A DNA stretch of 64,000 nucleotides. It comes from Arenibacter sp. (GTDB taxonomy: Bacteria; Bacteroidota; Bacteroidia; Flavobacteriales; Flavobacteriaceae). The translations under genes and the position numbers were made by a program. Of the stretch, positions 58,583 through 64,000 are shown piece after piece (the stretch's first letter is position 1; each line of letters begins with the position of its first letter). The notes under the pieces are model-generated. The model did not search any database. It saw only the letters and a program-made list of their open reading frames with translations, and was not told where the DNA came from. The stretch is from NCBI GenBank assembly GCA_041747755.1, contig JBGTEN010000001.1, positions 668 through 64,667 of the forward strand. The letters run 5' to 3'.

Positions 58583-58785
58583 AATGTTTCAGGTTTTAAT
58601 TGTTTTAAATTATTCGTTTTTTGAAGCATAAATAAGAGAATTAACATATTTTGTTTATTCTTTATAATTAAAACTTCAACAATAAGATTACAATATTAAA
58701 GAATGGTTGCGTTTGTTTATGGTATTTTTTTAAAAGTTTAACAGAAATTAATAAAGTTTAGGCTCTATTTTTCAATTAAAAGCAC

Positions 58786-58812
58786 AAAAAAAGCCGCCAG
58801 AGGCAGCTTTTT
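58786..58812 (-). terminator. intrinsic terminator after the double-FAS1 gene
   Basis: The minus strand reads AAAAAGCTGCC-TCT-GGCGGC-TTTTTTT. One mismatch in a 6-bp stem, then a 7-T run. Confidence 0.55.
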
Positions 58813-58831
58813 AATTTTTGAAACAAATGTC

Positions 58832-59818
58832 TTAATTTGTCGTGTCTGGGCGCAGCACTTCATTAACTGCATGAACTACTCCATTAGAGGCTTGTAAGTT
58901 AAATAAGGCATCGCTCATAATAATATCATTATTTCCTGCACCATCAGTAATTTTTAAAGATTCTCCTACAACTGAAAAAGTTAAGATATCACCTTCTAAA
59001 GTAGGTGGAGATTGTAATTCATTGGTTATAGCACTAGACTGAATATTGTTTCCCGGAATTACATGATGATTTAAGATGGCTGTTAAGGTTTCTGTTGGTG
59101 TTGATACTGGTATGGCAGCAAAGGCACTATTAACTGGCGCAAATACTGTAAAAGGGGCAGGATTAATACCAAATGGAGTACTAAGAGTGGCTACATAATT
59201 TGGTTGTCCTTGAGATTTTAATGCGGTCTCAAGAGCAGCAAAATTTGGATCTAAAACTATAAAATCCGCCACTGTTGCTAATTTAATCACAACTTCTACT
59301 ACATGTATTGTTCCATTCTTAGCTGCAATATCCGCTCCTCCCGAGGAAATTTGGGTCACTCCATTAAAGTTAATTCCTTGACTTGAGTCAAAATAAAGAC
59401 TTATGTTGCTCCCGGTAGAAGGACCTGGTGCAAGAGTTTTAATATAACCACTTTGAAAACCAATAAAATTATCGGATCTAATATTAGCACCGATAACGTG
59501 ATTTAAAAGCACTTGTCTTAAAACAGGTACGGGAACAGCATCAAGATTGGCAAATCCATTGGTGTTCAAGAAGGCTGTAAATGCAGTATTTGTCGGTGCC
59601 AAAATGGTAAAAGGACCATTACCACTTAAGGTAGTAAGTAATTCTGCTCGTTCCAAGGCAAACACTAAAGTGGAAAAATTGGGACTGTCTTGCAGCAGTT
59701 CAACTATATTTTCCTCAACGGACGGTACAACGGGATTATCATCATTCGTACAAGACATTATGAGTAAAACAAATAATGAAAGGAAAGTAATTTTTTTAAA
59801 TTTAAAATATTTTTTCAT
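58832..59818 (-). CDS. fasciclin (FAS1) double-domain lipoprotein
   Basis: Lipobox LIMSC. Two FAS1 units (FTILAPTNTAF...NHVI...NGTIHVVEVV and FTVFAPVNSAF...NHHVI...NGVVHAVNEVL). Confidence 0.85.
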   Translation of the reverse strand: MKKYFKFKKITFLSLFVLLIMSCTNDDNPVVPSVEENIVELLQDSPNFSTLVFALERAELLTTLSGNGPFTILAPTNTAFTAFLNTNGFANLDAVPVPVLRQVLLNHVIGANIRSDNFIGFQSGYIKTLAPGPSTGSNISLYFDSSQGINFNGVTQISSGGADIAAKNGTIHVVEVVIKLATVADFIVLDPNFAALETALKSQGQPNYVATLSTPFGINPAPFTVFAPVNSAFAAIPVSTPTETLTAILNHHVIPGNNIQSSAITNELQSPPTLEGDILTFSVVGESLKITDGAGNNDIIMSDALFNLQASNGVVHAVNEVLRPDTTN

Positions 59819-59991
59819 ATTATTGATTGTTTACCAGCTAAGATGCAAATAGCTATAGATGGTTGCTTTAAACTAAAGCTTATTAACAAAGATACTATCG
59901 GAAATGTTTTGAATCACATTGGTAATAAATTAATTCTGTTGATCTAATTAAATGATTTTTGCTTAATCCATCGTGGCATCTTTGATTTTTG

Positions 59992-59999
59992 TAATTTTG
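59992..59999 (+). promoter_or_regulatory. candidate -7 box TAATTTTG for mnmA
   Basis: Exact TAnnTTTG match 18 nt upstream of ATG 60017. No well-spaced -33 TTG. Confidence 0.35.
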
Positions 60000-60016
60000 C
60001 CTATGCTATAAATACT

Positions 60017-61207
60017 ATGAAAAAAGTAGTTGTTGGACTGTCAGGAGGTGTAGATTCCAGTGTTGCCGCTTATCTCTTAAAAGAACAGGGATATGAGGTT
60101 ATTGGACTATTTATGAAGAATTGGCATGATGATTCTGTGACCATTTCTAAGGAATGTCCTTGGCTTGATGATAGTAATGATGCGTTAATCGTAGCTGAAA
60201 AATTAGGTATCCCTTTTCAGACTGTGGATTTAAGTTCGGAGTATAAGGAGCGCATTGTAGATTATATGTTTCGCGAGTATGAAAAAGGTCGCACCCCTAA
60301 TCCGGATGTACTTTGTAATCGGGAAATTAAGTTTGATGTCTTTTTAAAAATTGCGCTTCAATTGGGTGCGGATTATGTGGCAACCGGACATTATTGTAGA
60401 AAAGGAATTTTAAAAAATGCTGATGGAACCGAAACGTTTCAACTCTTGGCAGGGGCAGATGGTAACAAAGATCAATCCTATTTTTTATGCCAACTTTCAC
60501 AAGAACAGTTGGCTAAAAGTTTATTTCCTGTTGGCGAACTTACTAAACCTGAAGTACGCCAAATTGCCGCCGAAAATAATCTAATCACTGCTGATAAAAA
60601 AGATTCCCAGGGACTTTGCTTTATAGGTAAAGTTAGGCTTCCCGAATTTTTGCAACAAAAGTTAAAGCCCAAAGCCGGAGTAATTGTAGAAGTTCCTTTT
60701 GGCTTGGAAAAATATAGGGAAACGGTTTCTGAATTCGGCAGTAAATCTGAAGAACTCGCTTTTCTATCGGAAAAAAAGCACTATTCCCTTACGGATGGAA
60801 AAGTTGTAGGGCAGCACCAAGGGGCGCATTATTTTACAAAAGGTCAGCGAAAAGGTCTGGATGTAGGTGGCACTAAGGAACCCCTTTTTGTGATTGAAAC
60901 CGATGTGGATCAAAATATTATTTATACCGGTCAGGGAAAGAATCACCCGGGTCTATATCGCAAAACTTTATTCGTAACCAATGACGAAATCCATTGGATA
61001 CGGACCGATATGGCTTTAAAAGTTGATGAAAGCATGGAGGTATTAGCCAGAATTCGCTATCGCCAACCTTTACAGAAAGCTGTTTTATACAAAATCGATA
61101 GTGGTTTATATGTGGATTTTGAAGACAAACAATCGGCCATCACAGAAGGACAGTTTGTAGCCTGGTACATCAATGATGAATTGATTGGCTCAGGGGTAAT
61201 CTCCTAG
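60017..61207 (+). CDS. mnmA: tRNA 2-thiouridine(34) synthase
   Basis: PP-loop [48 protein letters not shown]. Confidence 0.95.
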   Translation: MKKVVVGLSGGVDSSVAAYLLKEQGYEVIGLFMKNWHDDSVTISKECPWLDDSNDALIVAEKLGIPFQTVDLSSEYKERIVDYMFREYEKGRTPNPDVLCNREIKFDVFLKIALQLGADYVATGHYCRKGILKNADGTETFQLLAGADGNKDQSYFLCQLSQEQLAKSLFPVGELTKPEVRQIAAENNLITADKKDSQGLCFIGKVRLPEFLQQKLKPKAGVIVEVPFGLEKYRETVSEFGSKSEELAFLSEKKHYSLTDGKVVGQHQGAHYFTKGQRKGLDVGGTKEPLFVIETDVDQNIIYTGQGKNHPGLYRKTLFVTNDEIHWIRTDMALKVDESMEVLARIRYRQPLQKAVLYKIDSGLYVDFEDKQSAITEGQFVAWYINDELIGSGVIS

Positions 61208-61210
61208 ATT

Positions 61211-62908
61211 ATGCTGAAGATAAACGTCATACTGATTTTTGCTTTTCTTTATTCTGGTTTTACTTTTGCCCAGGAACATGCCTGGGTATATTTTATTGAC
61301 AAAGAGAATATAGTTGGGGCTTTGGAAAGTCCAAATTCTATACTGACTGCACGAGCTCTGGCGAGAAAAGCAAAATTTTCTATTCCGATTGATGAACGCG
61401 ATGTTCCGGTGAACGAAAACTATATAGCACAACTTAAATCACAGAACGGGATTATTGTAAAAGCAAAATCGAAATGGTTTAATTGTGTTCATGTGCTTGG
61501 AACAAGACAAGATATTGATAATCTTTCGGATTTAAGTTTTGTAAGTAACATTGTATTTGCAGACAGGAGCCTTAATCTAAAACAAGTTTTTTTGTCAAAG
61601 TCGCCATTAGCACCGAACAACCACATCGAAAAAACCAAAGCAGTTCAGGTTAATTTTAATTATGGCAATACCGATGGACAGGTTAAGCAATTGAAAGCCA
61701 ATGCGCTTCATGAAGCTGATTTTACCGGAGAGGGCATTTGGATAGCTGTGATGGATGGTGGCTTTCCTAATGTAGACCAATTGGGTGCCTTTCAGCGTTT
61801 AAGGACGAACAATGATTTGCTCGGAGGATATGATTTTGTGGATAGAACAACCGATATTTACAGATCTTCCGGAGACGGTCATGGCACCAATGTACTGTCA
61901 GATATGGCGGGATTTATTGAGAATGAATTTGTAGGTACTGCCCCGGACGCCGGGTTTTTCTTATTTCGAACCGAAGAGTCGGCCCAGGAAACTCCGGTAG
62001 AAGAAAGTTATTGGGTTGAGGCTGCTGAAAGAGCAGATAGTCTGGGTGTCGACCTTATTAATACTTCTTTAGGCTATAGTACTTTTGATAATCCGGCTTA
62101 TAGTTATACCCCTGCAGATATGGATGGACAAACCACTTTTATCTCAAAAGGAGCTAATATAGCCACAGAAAAGGGTATGTTGGTAGTGGTTTCTGCCGGG
62201 AATTCAGGCACTTCTTCTACATGGAATATTGTTTCTGCCCCGAGTGATGCCAATGTTTTTACTGTTGGAGCAGTAAATGCAGCCGGTAATCACGCCAGTT
62301 TTAGTTCCAGAGGCCCCAATGCCGATGGTATTATAAAACCTGATGGTATGGCTCTTGGAGTAAATGCAGCAGTTGTAGCCACAAATAATACTATCGGTAC
62401 TGCAAACGGAACCTCTTTTTCCTCACCCATTATGGCAGGAGCAATAGCATGTTTGTGGCAGGCCTTTCCGGAGAAATCGAATTTAGAGGTTATGCAAATG
62501 GGCAGGGAAAGCGCTTCCCATTTTAATAATCCATCTCCAGAAATGGGGTATGGCATCCCCAACTTTGAATTGGCACTAAGTTCATTAGAAACGTCTGAAG
62601 AACCGGAAGAACCTATCGAACCTGAGGAACCTGTTGAACCGGAAGTCCCAGAAGTCCCTGAAACTCCTGAGGAAGAAGCTATTGTTTTATTTCCGAACCC
62701 GGGAAATAACAGAGTTGCCATTCAATTACCAAACTCTGATGAAGGGTATTATGTCACTATTTTTGATATCTATGGAAAAAAGGTGCTCCAAAAGCAACTT
62801 TCTACTGGGGATAATGAGATTCCGGTGGAACAATTGAGCAATGCCATGTATATTGTTCAGTTGGAATCGTCCGAAGGAACAAAAAAATTCAAGTTTATTA
62901 AAAATTGA
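61211..62908 (+). CDS. secreted S8-family serine peptidase with Pro/Glu linker and T9SS C-terminal sorting domain
   Basis: Signal peptide; subtilase triad contexts AVMDGGF (D), GHGTNV (H), GTSFSSP (S); PEEPIEPEEPVEPEVPEVPETPEEE linker; Por_Secre_tail-like end VLFPNPGNNRVAIQL...YIVQLESSEGTKKFKFIKN. Confidence 0.85.
   Translation: MLKINVILIFAFLYSGFTFAQEHAWVYFIDKENIVGALESPNSILTARALARKAKFSIPIDERDVPVNENYIAQLKSQNGIIVKAKSKWFNCVHVLGTRQDIDNLSDLSFVSNIVFADRSLNLKQVFLSKSPLAPNNHIEKTKAVQVNFNYGNTDGQVKQLKANALHEADFTGEGIWIAVMDGGFPNVDQLGAFQRLRTNNDLLGGYDFVDRTTDIYRSSGDGHGTNVLSDMAGFIENEFVGTAPDAGFFLFRTEESAQETPVEESYWVEAAERADSLGVDLINTSLGYSTFDNPAYSYTPADMDGQTTFISKGANIATEKGMLVVVSAGNSGTSSTWNIVSAPSDANVFTVGAVNAAGNHASFSSRGPNADGIIKPDGMALGVNAAVVATNNTIGTANGTSFSSPIMAGAIACLWQAFPEKSNLEVMQMGRESASHFNNPSPEMGYGIPNFELALSSLETSEEPEEPIEPEEPVEPEVPEVPETPEEEAIVLFPNPGNNRVAIQLPNSDEGYYVTIFDIYGKKVLQKQLSTGDNEIPVEQLSNAMYIVQLESSEGTKKFKFIKN
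62597..62677 (+). repeat. in-frame GAA/CCN-rich low-complexity tract encoding the Pro/Glu linker of the S8 peptidase
   Basis: gaa gaa ccg gaa gaa cct atc gaa cct gag gaa cct gtt gaa ccg gaa gtc cca gaa gtc cct gaa act cct gag gaa gaa. Confidence 0.8.
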
Positions 62909-63849
62909 AACAGAATCGCATCACACAACTTTTTGGAATTCAGTATCCTATTATTCAGGCAGGGATGGTTTGGACAAGTGGTTGGCGTCTGGCTTCGGCC
63001 GTTTCCAATGCAGGAGGATTAGGCCTTATCGGAGCCGGATCTATGTATCCAAATGTTTTGCGGGAGCATATTCGGAAATGTCAACAGGTCACCGACCATC
63101 CTTTTGGGGTGAATGTGCCGTTACTGTACCCGGAAATTGAAAAATTGATGGCCGTAATTACGGAAATGAAGGTGAAAATAGTATTTACTTCAGCGGGTAA
63201 TCCAAAACTTTGGACTCCTTTGTTAAAAGAAAGCGGAATAATAGTAGTTCATGTAGTAAGCAGTGTGAAATTTGCCTTAAAAGCTGAGGAAGCAGGCGTT
63301 GACGCTGTTGTTGCCGAAGGTTTTGAAGCCGGTGGGCATAACGGAAGGGAAGAAACCACTACCATGACATTGATTCCTTCCGTTAAAGAAAAAATAAAGA
63401 TTCCGCTTCTAGCTGCGGGCGGAATTGCTACAGGAAGGGCTATGCTAGCCGCTATGATTTTGGGTGCTGATGGGGTCCAAATCGGGAGTCGCTTTGTAGC
63501 TAGTAATGAAGCTTCTTCTCATCCTGCGTTTAAACAAAAAGTTGTTGAAGCAGCAGAAGGAGATACCCAATTGACCTTAAAGGAATTGGCACCGGTACGA
63601 CTTTTAAAAAATAAATTCTATAAGGATATTCAAAATTTATATAATCAAGGGGCAAGCGCTGATCAACTACGTGATTTACTGGGACGGGCAAGGGCAAAAC
63701 GGGGTATGTTTGAAGGGGATATGGAAGAAGGAGAATTGGAGATAGGTCAGGTAGCTTCCCTAATTCATGATATAAAGCCGGCTGCCGTAATTATGTCAGA
63801 TATTCTAACGGAATTTCAACAGGCAAAAACAGAAGTACAGGGCTTATAA
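62905..63849 (+). CDS. nitronate monooxygenase / FabK-like FMN oxidoreductase (NMO family)
   Basis: LFGIQYPIIQAGMVW, GVDAVVAEGFEAGGH, AAGGIATGRAMLAAMILGADGVQIGSRF. The only start upstream of the conserved N-terminus is TTG 62905, which overlaps the S8 stop (TTGA). Confidence 0.85.
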   Translation: MKQNRITQLFGIQYPIIQAGMVWTSGWRLASAVSNAGGLGLIGAGSMYPNVLREHIRKCQQVTDHPFGVNVPLLYPEIEKLMAVITEMKVKIVFTSAGNPKLWTPLLKESGIIVVHVVSSVKFALKAEEAGVDAVVAEGFEAGGHNGREETTTMTLIPSVKEKIKIPLLAAGGIATGRAMLAAMILGADGVQIGSRFVASNEASSHPAFKQKVVEAAEGDTQLTLKELAPVRLLKNKFYKDIQNLYNQGASADQLRDLLGRARAKRGMFEGDMEEGELEIGQVASLIHDIKPAAVIMSDILTEFQQAKTEVQGL

Positions 63850-63882
63850 TTGGTGCCTGGTGTTATTTAAAAAGACATAAAG

Positions 63883-63904
63883 AATACCAAAATAGCCCGG
63901 TATT
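63883..63904 (+). terminator. weak hairpin after the NMO-family gene
   Basis: AATACC-AAAATAGCCC-GGTATT followed by a T-rich sequence. Confidence 0.3.
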
Positions 63905-64000
63905 GTTAAATTGTTTTCGATATACTAAAAATTTTAAAATTCTATTTATATTCAACTCTTGAATTTAAATTTTGTTACATGGCATATCTAAATACAACTG

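Overview
This is a visibly AT-rich 64-kb chromosomal segment whose gene content and signals point to a Flavobacteriia (Bacteroidota) genome. The evidence is a T9SS C-terminal sorting domain on a secreted S8 protease, bshC (bacillithiol), TTG-N17-22-TAnnTTTG type promoters, lipoprotein fasciclin genes and many secreted peptidases. I call about 52 protein-coding genes. Most are housekeeping or conserved: secA, recQ, lptB, tatC, kpsF, guaA, pyrG, yidC, mnmA, pssA, rluF, bshC, an ABC-F ATPase and a PduO-type adenosyltransferase. They are interleaved with secreted hydrolases: two M14 carboxypeptidase paralogs, an S10 carboxypeptidase, an S8/T9SS protease, an amidohydrolase, esterases and a GH65 enzyme. 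There are also a few small or uncharacterised ORFs. I found no rRNA, tRNA, CRISPR array, transposase, integrase, phage gene or recognisable defence or toxin-antitoxin module. The window therefore reads as core genome rather than an accessory island, and I do not see a convincing novel multi-gene system. The most interesting unexplained item is a 505-bp gene-free gap (19534-20038) with an orphan plus-strand hairpin plus T-tract and three ATCGAT palindromes around a predicted promoter; it is a candidate sRNA or regulatory locus. Other items worth a second look are a GNAT/carbon-nitrogen-hydrolase fusion, a stand-alone NYN-LOTUS protein, a signal-peptide-bearing DinB-family protein near bshC, an internally shortened methyltransferase-like ORF, an untracked 54-codon membrane ORF, and a tandem fasciclin lipoprotein pair with an old internal FAS1 duplication. 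All functional calls come from motif recognition by eye, and no database search was run.
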